64,000 bases of DNA from Nibricoccus sp. (lineage in GTDB: Bacteria > Verrucomicrobiota > Verrucomicrobiia > Opitutales > Opitutaceae), in contig JASGHG010000001.1 in NCBI GenBank assembly GCA_047602425.1, positions 1,120,001 to 1,184,000 on the forward strand, in the 5' to 3' direction. The notes beneath the pieces are model-generated. The model was not told where the DNA came from and ran no database searches. It saw only the letters and a list, made by a program, of their open reading frames with translations. Made by a program: the position numbers and the translations under genes. Below, piece by piece: positions 55,422-64,000 of the stretch. The stretch's first letter is position 1. The number at the start of each line of letters is the position of its first letter.

Positions 55422-58363
55422 GAATTGAGCTTGTTTACCGGGATGACGAGACGAACTTCCGCTCCGCCATTGTCGGCGTCACGCACGGTGCATTCTCCGC
55501 CGATGGCGGTCATTCTCGCGGCGAGATTCGGCAGGCCGTTTCCGCCACCCGCGCGCAAGGGTGCGGTTGCCGCCATCCCGCCACCGTTGTCGACGATCAC
55601 AATGCCGAACCTTTCGGCAGTACACTCGATGCGGATAAAAACTTCCGTCGCCCGGGCGTGTTTGATGCAATTGTTCAGCGCCTCCTTGAACGCCAAAAAT
55701 AAATGATGGCGGCAGGTGCTGTTCACTTTCACCTCGGGAATATCGCGGGGTGCGGCGAGGCGATACCGGATTTTCGCCACGCTCAAAAAACCCTGCGCGT
55801 AGCTGTCGAAATAACTGACCAGACTGTCCAGATTGTCGTGCTGCGCGTCGACCGCCCACACGATTTCATCGATCGAACGCGTGATCTCCGTGGTCGTCGC
55901 ATGGATTTCGTTAAAACAATTGCGCGCCGACTCCGTGGTCGCTTCGGGTGGCGAGGATTGCGTGAGCAGACTGATCCGCGTCAGGCTCGCGCCCAATTCG
56001 TCGTGAATATCCCGCGCGATGCGAGTGCGCTCCCGGTCGACAGCGGATTCCCGTTCGACCCGTTCAAGCTTGTTGCGCAAACGCCGGTGTGATCGCGCAC
56101 GCACCCCAAGAACAAGAAGCGCAATCACAGCGGCGCCTGCCCCAAACCGAAACCAAACCGTCTGCCACCAAAATGGTACAACGACAATCTGTAGCGTGGC
56201 TCCGCTGTCGCCCATCTCACTTTCCTCATCTGCCGAAACAATTCTTAAGTTATAACTTCCGGGCAAGAGCCGGGGATAAACGATCCTCCTCTCCGCTCCC
56301 GCATCGATCCACTCCTGATCGAAGCCCTCCAGCCGGTGGCGAGCCTGAGTTCGCTCGGGCGCGGTAAAATTAAGCACGGAAAAACGGAGCTCTATTTTGT
56401 GCATATCACAACGCACCTTCACCACAGAGGACAAAGGTCGCACCACGTCGTCCACTCGCAATTCATCGATAAAAACGGGGGCACTCCCCTTGCGCCGAAC
56501 AACGTTGGGATCGATCGCGAGCACGCCGAGACGCGTTGTAAACCAAAGCATGCCGTCGCGGCCTTTCACGCTATTTGGCTGATAACCATCCACGCACGAA
56601 ATGTGCGCAAAACCTTCGTTCTTTCCGAAGGTAGCTGGATGAATGCGATTGGTTCGGCCTGCGAGGCATTCCGCTATCTCCCGTCGTTCCACACGGAAAA
56701 TGCCGCGAGGCGAACCCAGCCAAACCGCACCAAAATCGTCAAAGAGCATTTGTGAAATCACTCCTTCCGGCAGCCCCTGCGTCGACGTAAGGAAATGCTC
56801 GCTCCCCTCGTGGATAAGGACGAGTCCTGTCTCCGTGGCGATCCAGAGTGTACCGTCCTTCTCGGCAGCCATCACACGTATCGACGGCAGTGGCTCAGCT
56901 CCAGCCCGACGCATCGATTCAAAACGGTTTCCGTCGAAGCGGAAAAGCATGCCTTCCGTCGTTCCAACAAGAATCCGGCCTTCCGCATCTTCGGCGATAC
57001 AACTCACAAGTTGGTTCGGCAATCCGGCATCGGGCCCAAAAACGGTGAAGTCCGTTTTGTTAAGCCGCCCCAAACCGCCGGTATCCCCTGTCAGCCAGAG
57101 TTCGCCCGTGCGGGAACTGAACATGACGCGAAAGGCATCAAATGTCTTTATATCGATTCTTCTGATACCATTAACCTCATCCATTCTCCACAAGCCCGCG
57201 CCACCGCTAAACCAAACTCCGCCTGTCACGTCGGATGCGATTCGATTCGCATTGGTTTTCGGCCATTTATTTCGGCCAGTCATCACCTCGATGCCAGTTT
57301 TTGCCACCCGAGCCACTCCACCATCGCGATTCGCAAACCAAATTTGACCCTGCGCATCTTCGCAGACCGAAAGCGTCACGTCGTCCCGCAACCCGGACTT
57401 TGAGTCATAGAGTCGGAAATGCTTTGCCTGTAGCCGCGCGAGCCCGCCACCGCCGGTTCCAAGCCAAATATTCCCTTCATTGTCCTGGAAAATCGAAGTA
57501 ACCGTCCGATGCGACGTCGGCACGGCCTGATAATCGTTATTCGTGACGAGATACGCACCCTGAGACCGCGTACCCACCCAGAGATTCCCCTCCTTGTCCT
57601 CAAGCAAGGCTCTCACGTAATGCGCGCCGAGCAGCTCCGGAATTTTTACCGCCGCTTCGATCTCCCGACCATTCCACCGGCCCACGACGTCGCGCGCGAC
57701 AATCCATGGGTGCCCATGCCGACTGGAGGCTATACGTAGTTCGGTTTCGCGCCACGGCGGGGTGATTTTCGTGGCGTTTCCATTGCTGGCATGAAAAAGG
57801 AGCGAACCAGCCGCGATCCACACGCCATCGCTTCCATCGCTGGCAAAAGACACCAGTTGACGAACCATTTTAACCCCTTCCAGTTTCACCTCCGACACAT
57901 GACCGTCGCGGAGGACTTCAACTTTGCCTTCGAAGAAGCCGGCCCAAAGTGTGCCATCGTGCTGAACGTGCCAGGTCTGTACGTGCTGTTTGGAAAACTG
58001 GTCCGTAACGGAATTTTTGCGCAAAACATGGCCATCCCACTGCCAAATTTCTCCGCTATTGGATGAAAAGAGCAGGCCCAGGTCCGGATGTGTCACCAGC
58101 GAACGGGCAAAAAGCGTAGGAGCCGCCTGAGCAACGGATTGTGGTACATCGAAACGAATACCATTGAACCGTGCGACACCGCCAACATCCGCCGCCACCC
58201 AGAGATAACCTTGCACGTCCTGCGTGACACCTTGAACCATTTCGTTCGGCAAGCCGTCTTCGCCGTGCCATTCTCGCAGGGAATATTCGGCCGCAAACAA
58301 GTCGCGTGGCTCCAACAAGACCGCCATCACCCAGGCAAATAGCGACAGATAGGAGCGATTCAT
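55418..58363 (-). CDS. Sensor histidine kinase with beta-propeller sensor (HisKA_3 type)
   Basis: Propeller repeats; ERTRIARDIHDELGASL; EALNN..KHA, DNGGG, GNGL.N; ATGA overlap with the response regulator. Confidence 0.93.
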   Translation of the reverse strand: MNRSYLSLFAWVMAVLLEPRDLFAAEYSLREWHGEDGLPNEMVQGVTQDVQGYLWVAADVGGVARFNGIRFDVPQSVAQAAPTLFARSLVTHPDLGLLFSSNSGEIWQWDGHVLRKNSVTDQFSKQHVQTWHVQHDGTLWAGFFEGKVEVLRDGHVSEVKLEGVKMVRQLVSFASDGSDGVWIAAGSLLFHASNGNATKITPPWRETELRIASSRHGHPWIVARDVVGRWNGREIEAAVKIPELLGAHYVRALLEDKEGNLWVGTRSQGAYLVTNNDYQAVPTSHRTVTSIFQDNEGNIWLGTGGGGLARLQAKHFRLYDSKSGLRDDVTLSVCEDAQGQIWFANRDGGVARVAKTGIEVMTGRNKWPKTNANRIASDVTGGVWFSGGAGLWRMDEVNGIRRIDIKTFDAFRVMFSSRTGELWLTGDTGGLGRLNKTDFTVFGPDAGLPNQLVSCIAEDAEGRILVGTTEGMLFRFDGNRFESMRRAGAEPLPSIRVMAAEKDGTLWIATETGLVLIHEGSEHFLTSTQGLPEGVISQMLFDDFGAVWLGSPRGIFRVERREIAECLAGRTNRIHPATFGKNEGFAHISCVDGYQPNSVKGRDGMLWFTTRLGVLAIDPNVVRRKGSAPVFIDELRVDDVVRPLSSVVKVRCDMHKIELRFSVLNFTAPERTQARHRLEGFDQEWIDAGAERRIVYPRLLPGSYNLRIVSADEESEMGDSGATLQIVVVPFWWQTVWFRFGAGAAVIALLVLGVRARSHRRLRNKLERVERESAVDRERTRIARDIHDELGASLTRISLLTQSSPPEATTESARNCFNEIHATTTEITRSIDEIVWAVDAQHDNLDSLVSYFDSYAQGFLSVAKIRYRLAAPRDIPEVKVNSTCRHHLFLAFKEALNNCIKHARATEVFIRIECTAERFGIVIVDNGGGMAATAPLRAGGGNGLPNLAARMTAIGGECTVRDADNGGAEVRLVIPVNKLNS

Positions 58364-58474
58364 GGTACGACGGTGAGACTATGTCGCCGGATTTGCCATC
58401 GCAGACAAGCTATTCTGCGAGGCTCAAATGACGCTCAACGGTTACGCTCTTCGTCTCCGATGGCGGTCGAATTG

Positions 58475-59578
58475 TCATCCGACATATTCCAAGCTACCGG
58501 TTTTATTTGGTTCGTCGTTCCAAAATTCGACCATGCTTCGTTGCACACGTGAAGGCAGCGTCGTTCCTTCGCGCCATTCACCGGCTAGTGCCACTTCATG
58601 GTGATGAGCCGGAACGCCCAATTCGTTGCGATGCAAAAGTCCCACGAGCATTTCGACCGCGAGCGCGCCCACTTTTGCCGGGTTATAATAGACCCCGCTG
58701 ACACCCGATTCCGGGGTGTCTTGAAGTTCTGCCAAACCCACATCACGCGGCACGTCACAACCCAGTCCACGTAGCCAACGCAATACCGGCGCCGCATGAG
58801 TGACTATTAAAGCGTCAGGTTTTTCCCGGCGAAACCATTCCCTGAAAATCGCTTCATCGGTTGGCGCTTCCGGACACAACGGAACTCGATCCGCCTCGGG
58901 CAGTTTCATTTGTTGCAAAAAATACGCTCCGAGCCAGCGATCTCCGACGCACGGACTGTCGTTGGCCTCCGAAAAGACCAGGCCGACCCGGCGGTAGCCG
59001 CGCTGGCGGCACTGTTCCATAACCAGCCGAGCCGTATCAAAATGGCTTTCCGTCACATGATGTAGCAAGGGCGAACGCAAGGTCATGCCCAGCGCCACCG
59101 ACGAAAAATCTTCCCAAGGAAGTTCAAGCGACTCCTTCCCCGGCGGCATGCGCCCAATGAGCAATCCGTGGATGTCACGCGTTCGAAGAATCTGGCTGAA
59201 GCGCGCCGGTGTCATGCCGGGTTCGCCCAGCCAAAAATGCTCCAGGTTGTAACCAAATTTTTGCGCTCGCTCGACCGCGCCGGGAAAAAAATCGGGCCGG
59301 TCATGATGCGTTCGCCGCCAACCGAAGCGTGTTGGATAGTTCGTCACAAACGCGAGCGTGGCATGCTTTATTTCTCCGCCGTTACGGCGCGATTTCATGA
59401 GGGCGGCCACCAGCGGATTTACCCGGTAGCCGAATGCCTCGGCGATCGCTTTTATCTTTTCACGCGTCGCGTGGGCGATCCGCGGATTGTCGCGCAAAGC
59501 CAAAGCAACAGTCGAACGATGCACACCGGCTCGCCGAGCGATATCCTGCAATGTGGCCGGATGAATTCTCTCAATCAC
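58475..59578 (-). CDS. LacI-family transcriptional regulator
   Basis: TLQDIARRAGVHRSTVALALR....I...TREKI...A...GYR.N. GTG 59578 is preceded by AGGAG. Confidence 0.9.
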   Translation of the reverse strand: MIERIHPATLQDIARRAGVHRSTVALALRDNPRIAHATREKIKAIAEAFGYRVNPLVAALMKSRRNGGEIKHATLAFVTNYPTRFGWRRTHHDRPDFFPGAVERAQKFGYNLEHFWLGEPGMTPARFSQILRTRDIHGLLIGRMPPGKESLELPWEDFSSVALGMTLRSPLLHHVTESHFDTARLVMEQCRQRGYRRVGLVFSEANDSPCVGDRWLGAYFLQQMKLPEADRVPLCPEAPTDEAIFREWFRREKPDALIVTHAAPVLRWLRGLGCDVPRDVGLAELQDTPESGVSGVYYNPAKVGALAVEMLVGLLHRNELGVPAHHHEVALAGEWREGTTLPSRVQRSMVEFWNDEPNKTGSLEYVG

Positions 59579-59940
59579 AGGATGCTCCTTTCCTTTGTCC
59601 GACAACAACCACCCGTTCTCTCCAAATTTCCGGTCGATCCTCTCGGACACCTTGACTCGTCCGCCGAAAATACAATTCCCCTGACAAATTCGCGTTCAAG
59701 CAAATCGACCGGGCAACATTGATCGTGGACAAATGATTGAAGACGCATGGCGGGGCGAGGTCGGTCACGCCGAGTTTCCAGCGAGACCTGCACCTAGATT
59801 CCCTCTGCCATGCACGCTCCCGCGATCCGAAAAAGCACCAGCCGTGTAGTCAAAAGGGACTACATTTAAACTAAAAACCTGTCTTGAAAAACACTACGGC
59901 GTTTAGGAACCAAGGACACGACACCGGATCATAGAGTACT

Positions 59941-62250
59941 TCATTCGCGGCCATCCCAGTGAGATGTGCCTTGGGCCGGCAATGTGAGAGTATGCACAAC
60001 GCCTTGATAGCGCAGTCGCGCTGAACCTCCATTGGCAGATTTCACGGTCACGGTAACGAGTGCCCCATCACGCCACTCAAGATCGACTTCAAAACCACCG
60101 CGTGCACGCAGGCCTTTCACCGATCCGGTTGGCCAAGCTTTGGGCAAGGTCGGCAGCAGTTCGATTTCATCGGCATGCGATTGAAGCAGCATTTCCGCGA
60201 TTGCCGACGTGCCACCGAAATTGCCGTCGATCTGGAACGGGGGATGCGCGTCAAAAAGGTCTGGATACGTGCGTTCGGGTCCAAGGAGTGCCTTAAGTAC
60301 GGTGTGCGTGCGTTCGGGGTCCTGAAGCCTAGCCCAAAGATTGAGGCGCCAGGCAATTGCCCAACCAGTCGACAGGTCTCCACGCAGCTCCAGGGTCTTG
60401 CGCACGGCCAACGCCAGATCCGGCGTGCCACGAAGCGTAATCTGATCGCTGGGAAAGAAAGCGTACAGGTGCGAAACATGCCGGTGACGTTGATCGGGCG
60501 CCGCCGCTTCCCAATCTTCCAGCCATTCCTTTAGGTCGCCTCGCGAACTGATTTGGTTGGGAGGAAGTTTTGCCCGCAAAGTGGAAAGCTGTTTTGCGAA
60601 ATCGGCATCGATTCCGAGAATGGCCGCAGCCTCAATACATTCGCTGAACAGGTCGCGGATGATTTGGCTGTCCATCATCGGACCAGCCGTCGTTGTGACT
60701 CCAGAATGATGGGCGTTCTCCGGCGACATTGAGGGAGAGGTCACCAGATATTTGGTTTTGGGATCTTCAACCAACGTTGAGACGAAGAAGGCAGCCGAAC
60801 CTTTCATGAGTGGATAAGCTTTCTCCAAAAACTGATTATCACGGGTATAGAGGAAATGCTCCCACAGATGCCGGCACAGCCAAGCGCCGCCTGTTGGCCA
60901 CATTCCATAAAAAGCACTGTCGATCGGTCCCGTGGCCCTCCAAAGATCCGTGTTGTGATGCGCCACCCAGCCTTCCGCTCCGTAATGTTCGCGGGCAAAT
61001 TTGCCGCCGGTTTCTGAAAGGTCCCGAATCATGGCAAACAATGGCTCGGCACACTCGGAGAGGTTGGCCACTTCGGCCGGCCAGTAATTCATCTCCGTGT
61101 TGATGTTGATCGTATATTTTGAATTCCACGGAGGGTTCAGGCTATCGTTCCAGAGGCCTTGCAGCGTTGCAGGCTGCGAGCCGGGACGGGAACTACTGAT
61201 GAGAAGGTAACGCCCATATTGAAAATACAGTGCAGCCAGTTGCGGGTCGTTGGAAGTAACCGACTTCCGAACCCGTTCATCCGTCGGCAGACGTTCTGCG
61301 TCGCTGTGCCCAAGGTCGATCGCCACCCGACGATAGAGGCGTTGGTGCTCGGCAACGTGTGCAGAACGCAGAGTGTCAAAAGTTTTGCCTTGGACGGCTG
61401 CCAGCGTGGCCGCGTTGAGCGCTGCGGGATCGCCCGATACGTCGCGATAGTTCCGGAAACTCGTGGCTGCAGTAATCAAGATGACAGCGGAAGACGATCC
61501 GTTCACGTGGATTTGAGTAGCATCCGTGCTGACTTGTCCATCAGGAGTGAGAACTTTGACCCGGGCTTCGAAAGTGAGCGCGCCGGGAACGCCGTTGGCT
61601 GATCCATTTTTACCGGTGATAACAAGTTCGTTTCCTTGGATGGCTATCTTCGCCGATTGTGGCGTCTGGAAAGCAAGTGTGAAGGCAAGCCGGGCTGGAC
61701 GATCCGGCCGCTCCAGCTCACGAGCGGTGAGTCGCATCACAATGACATTGTCGACCGGGCTCACAAAAACTTCGCGCGTATGCTTGACTGAGCCCAAGCG
61801 AAACTCAGTGCGCGCAATCGCCGTGTCCAAGTCGAGTTCGCGGCGATATTCGGTGACGCCGTGGGTTCCAGCCATCGAAATCGTCACGTCACCCAGCGTC
61901 TGATACGAAGTCTGCCGCACCGGTCGCGACATGAATTTCGCCTCAATGAGATTCTGCGCTTCCAGATAACGTCCGTCGGCGATCAGACGGCGGATTTCGG
62001 GAAGGGCAGCTTTCGCCTCCGGGTTGGCAGGATTATACGGACCTCCCGACCACAACGTTCCCTCGTTGAGCTGCAACCGTTCCATTTGTATACCGCCAAA
62101 AACCATGGCGCCCAAGCGGCCATTTCCCAGCGGCAAGGCCTCCACCCATTGGCCGGCAGGGCGCTCATACCATAGCGTGAGCGGGTCTGCGGAGAAAGCA
62201 CGTGGCAAAACCACAAAGCAGAGCACAAAGAGTGAAGCTGAAAGTCGCAT
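59941..62250 (-). CDS. GH95 alpha-L-fucosidase-family glycoside hydrolase
   Basis: LWY..PA..W.EALPLGNGRLGAMVFG, FQYGRYLLISSSR, YTININTEMNYW, HRHVSHL, HPPFQIDGNFG; signal peptide. Confidence 0.94.
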   Translation of the reverse strand: MRLSASLFVLCFVVLPRAFSADPLTLWYERPAGQWVEALPLGNGRLGAMVFGGIQMERLQLNEGTLWSGGPYNPANPEAKAALPEIRRLIADGRYLEAQNLIEAKFMSRPVRQTSYQTLGDVTISMAGTHGVTEYRRELDLDTAIARTEFRLGSVKHTREVFVSPVDNVIVMRLTARELERPDRPARLAFTLAFQTPQSAKIAIQGNELVITGKNGSANGVPGALTFEARVKVLTPDGQVSTDATQIHVNGSSSAVILITAATSFRNYRDVSGDPAALNAATLAAVQGKTFDTLRSAHVAEHQRLYRRVAIDLGHSDAERLPTDERVRKSVTSNDPQLAALYFQYGRYLLISSSRPGSQPATLQGLWNDSLNPPWNSKYTININTEMNYWPAEVANLSECAEPLFAMIRDLSETGGKFAREHYGAEGWVAHHNTDLWRATGPIDSAFYGMWPTGGAWLCRHLWEHFLYTRDNQFLEKAYPLMKGSAAFFVSTLVEDPKTKYLVTSPSMSPENAHHSGVTTTAGPMMDSQIIRDLFSECIEAAAILGIDADFAKQLSTLRAKLPPNQISSRGDLKEWLEDWEAAAPDQRHRHVSHLYAFFPSDQITLRGTPDLALAVRKTLELRGDLSTGWAIAWRLNLWARLQDPERTHTVLKALLGPERTYPDLFDAHPPFQIDGNFGGTSAIAEMLLQSHADEIELLPTLPKAWPTGSVKGLRARGGFEVDLEWRDGALVTVTVKSANGGSARLRYQGVVHTLTLPAQGTSHWDGRE

Positions 62251-62284
62251 CGAAAGAAACCTGGTGGATGGTCTAAGGTTCGTT

Positions 62285-62326
62285 AAAAAAAAACAAATCG
62301 TCGGCCAGGAGAATCCCGACCGACGA
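62285..62326 (-). terminator. Intrinsic terminator between the receptor gene and GH95
   Basis: Minus strand TCGTCGGTCGGGA-TTC-TCCTGGCCGACGA then TTTGTTTTTTTTT. Confidence 0.8.
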
Positions 62327-62342
62327 CGATTAACATTTTCGA

Positions 62343-64000
62343 TCAAAGATCGAAAGAGGCGGTGAGCACAAACTGCCGCGGATCGACAATGCGGTAAGTG
62401 GCGATTCGGCCATCGAAGAATGCGGCCGTTGGCTGCAAGCCGCCGCCTTTCTCCCCAACGTTCTTCACATTGAGCTGGAGCTTCGCCCGCACTTTGTCAT
62501 GGAACATCTTCGTGTTGTAGCTCACGAATAGGTCGATATAAGTTTCGGCCTTAGAGTAGATCGGCCGGTTGCCATCGAGCTGCAGGATCTTGTTCGCGGG
62601 AAGCGTGAGGTCCATGCCATCGGTATACCCGAGGCCATAATAACCGAGGAACCCCTTGCTGGTGTAACGCCACGAGCCGCCCACGGTTATGTTCCTGATG
62701 ATCTTGTTTTCGGTGAGGCCAGCGAGATTATACTTCGTGCTGAACTTACCCGAGTATTCGCGGATCTGGGGACGAGGGCGGCCAATCTGCGATCGGAATA
62801 CAGACATCGGGGCATCGACTTGACTCAAGAAATTCGTCTCGGCCGAGTTGTTGTTGTTGTAGCCTGCAAGCTGCTGAAACGGTGTACCCACGATTTTCCA
62901 CCAAAGGAGATGGCCACCAGGGCCGTTAGGAATCGGAGAACCTCCGATCGGAATTGTCATGGTGAATGGGCTGGTCGGCGTTCCGGGCAGTGTGTGACTG
63001 TAGATCGCGCTCCCCGTGGTGGTTGCGGTGGCTGGGATAAAGCTCACGAGGCTGAAGCGTGGGTCTTCGAGCGTAGTCCAGATCGGCATGCGTGCGGCGA
63101 TATAATCGTCCACGGCAGAGCCAACTGCCGTATTGATCGACTGGGTCTTGGTGACCGAAGCGCTCACTGTCCAATTCTTGGTAGGGTTATAGAAAACTTC
63201 CAACTCTTGGCCCGTGGAACGCATGTCATTCACTGCGGCATACGTCTGGGCAGCGGCAATGGTTTGCAGGCCATTATATTGCTCGACGGGCATATTAATG
63301 GTCGCCGCAATTTGCGCATTAGCATCGGTGAGGCTTCCGCCGGAGCCGACATTGTTCAACCAATTAGTGACTTGTTTTCTCAGGTTCCAAGCATCGTCCG
63401 CGACAAATCCCTCGTTGCGCAGCAGGCGCTGGGCCATCGTGCCGATATCGCCGTCGCGAAGGTTGAACTGCTTGGTATCGAACTTGGTGTAGTGGATAGT
63501 GAGCGCTCCATCCAGCACAGTCACCCAGAAACCAACATCCTTAGTTATGCCGGATTGGTTTGGCAGCCGGTGAAGGAATAGATCGTAGGCAGGCCCCTGG
63601 GCGATGAAATTATCCGATTTGTTGTACGTAGGACTGAAGCTGGTGGCTGCTTCGGCCAAAAACTTGCGGGCTCCGCTTCCGCGTTCCGCCGTGCGCTTGA
63701 GAAAGCCGATATCTCTAAAAGGACGGGCCACGATCGATAGGGATTTTGTCTTCCCCTCGGCCTCACGCCAATCATGTGTCCAATTGTTGGACTTGGCTTT
63801 GTTGTAGTCCCGGAGGTCTGGGGTCAGCATGGCGAGCGCTGAATTGCGGTCAGACACATTGTCTCTCCGAAGGCCATAGGTGGCCACCAGTTTGCCCTCC
63901 AGAAACGAGCTCTGGATCACGCCACCCGTGGTCTTTACGCGTGTGTTTACGTTGCTAAGACCGCCGCCACTGCCGGGAGCCGGCGCAAAACCGATGGGAG
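62343..64000 (-). CDS. TonB-dependent receptor-like beta-barrel protein (N-terminus outside window)
   Basis: Frame open to the window edge; amphipathic strands, G.ELEV.YNPT.NW, QLNVKN, terminal YRIVDPRQFVLTASFDL. Confidence 0.8.
   Translation of the reverse strand, partial: PIGFAPAPGSGGGLSNVNTRVKTTGGVIQSSFLEGKLVATYGLRRDNVSDRNSALAMLTPDLRDYNKAKSNNWTHDWREAEGKTKSLSIVARPFRDIGFLKRTAERGSGARKFLAEAATSFSPTYNKSDNFIAQGPAYDLFLHRLPNQSGITKDVGFWVTVLDGALTIHYTKFDTKQFNLRDGDIGTMAQRLLRNEGFVADDAWNLRKQVTNWLNNVGSGGSLTDANAQIAATINMPVEQYNGLQTIAAAQTYAAVNDMRSTGQELEVFYNPTKNWTVSASVTKTQSINTAVGSAVDDYIAARMPIWTTLEDPRFSLVSFIPATATTTGSAIYSHTLPGTPTSPFTMTIPIGGSPIPNGPGGHLLWWKIVGTPFQQLAGYNNNNSAETNFLSQVDAPMSVFRSQIGRPRPQIREYSGKFSTKYNLAGLTENKIIRNITVGGSWRYTSKGFLGYYGLGYTDGMDLTLPANKILQLDGNRPIYSKAETYIDLFVSYNTKMFHDKVRAKLQLNVKNVGEKGGGLQPTAAFFDGRIATYRIVDPRQFVLTASFDL

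Overview
Bacterial chromosomal window. Gene style (LacI regulators, TonB-dependent receptor C-termini, MoxR/vWA/DUF4159 cluster) suggests a PVC-group organism, probably Verrucomicrobiota/Opitutaceae; this is inference. Left to right: (1) a 5'-truncated TonB-dependent receptor, a cryptic 21-bp periodic intergenic repeat, a DUF1624 membrane protein and a SipW-like peptidase; (2) a ~12 kb MoxR AAA+/DUF58/vWA/transglutaminase operon bracketed by two DUF4159-like paralogues; (3) housekeeping rplY-pth-rpsF-ssb; (4) tRNA-Asn(GTT) carrying a ~9.8 kb integrative mobilizable element (20462-30262, 46-bp direct repeat). The element holds a tyrosine integrase, HigBA-like TA pair, MOBF relaxase-helicase, Xis-like HTH protein, two unknown proteins, a secreted ankyrin/helical-repeat cargo protein and an unannotated 45-aa membrane peptide whose start codon sits in a hairpin; (5) a variant ClC transporter divergent from marR-cysK-truncated haemoglobin-transsulfuration lyase-ABC exporter; (6) an AT-richer surface-glycan modification block; (7) glycan sensing and degradation genes (two beta-propeller sensor kinases, response regulator, LacI, GH43, GH95, 3' part of a TonB-dependent receptor) interrupted by rnhB. 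All family calls come from motif recognition by eye; no database searches were run. No CRISPR array or rRNA was seen.
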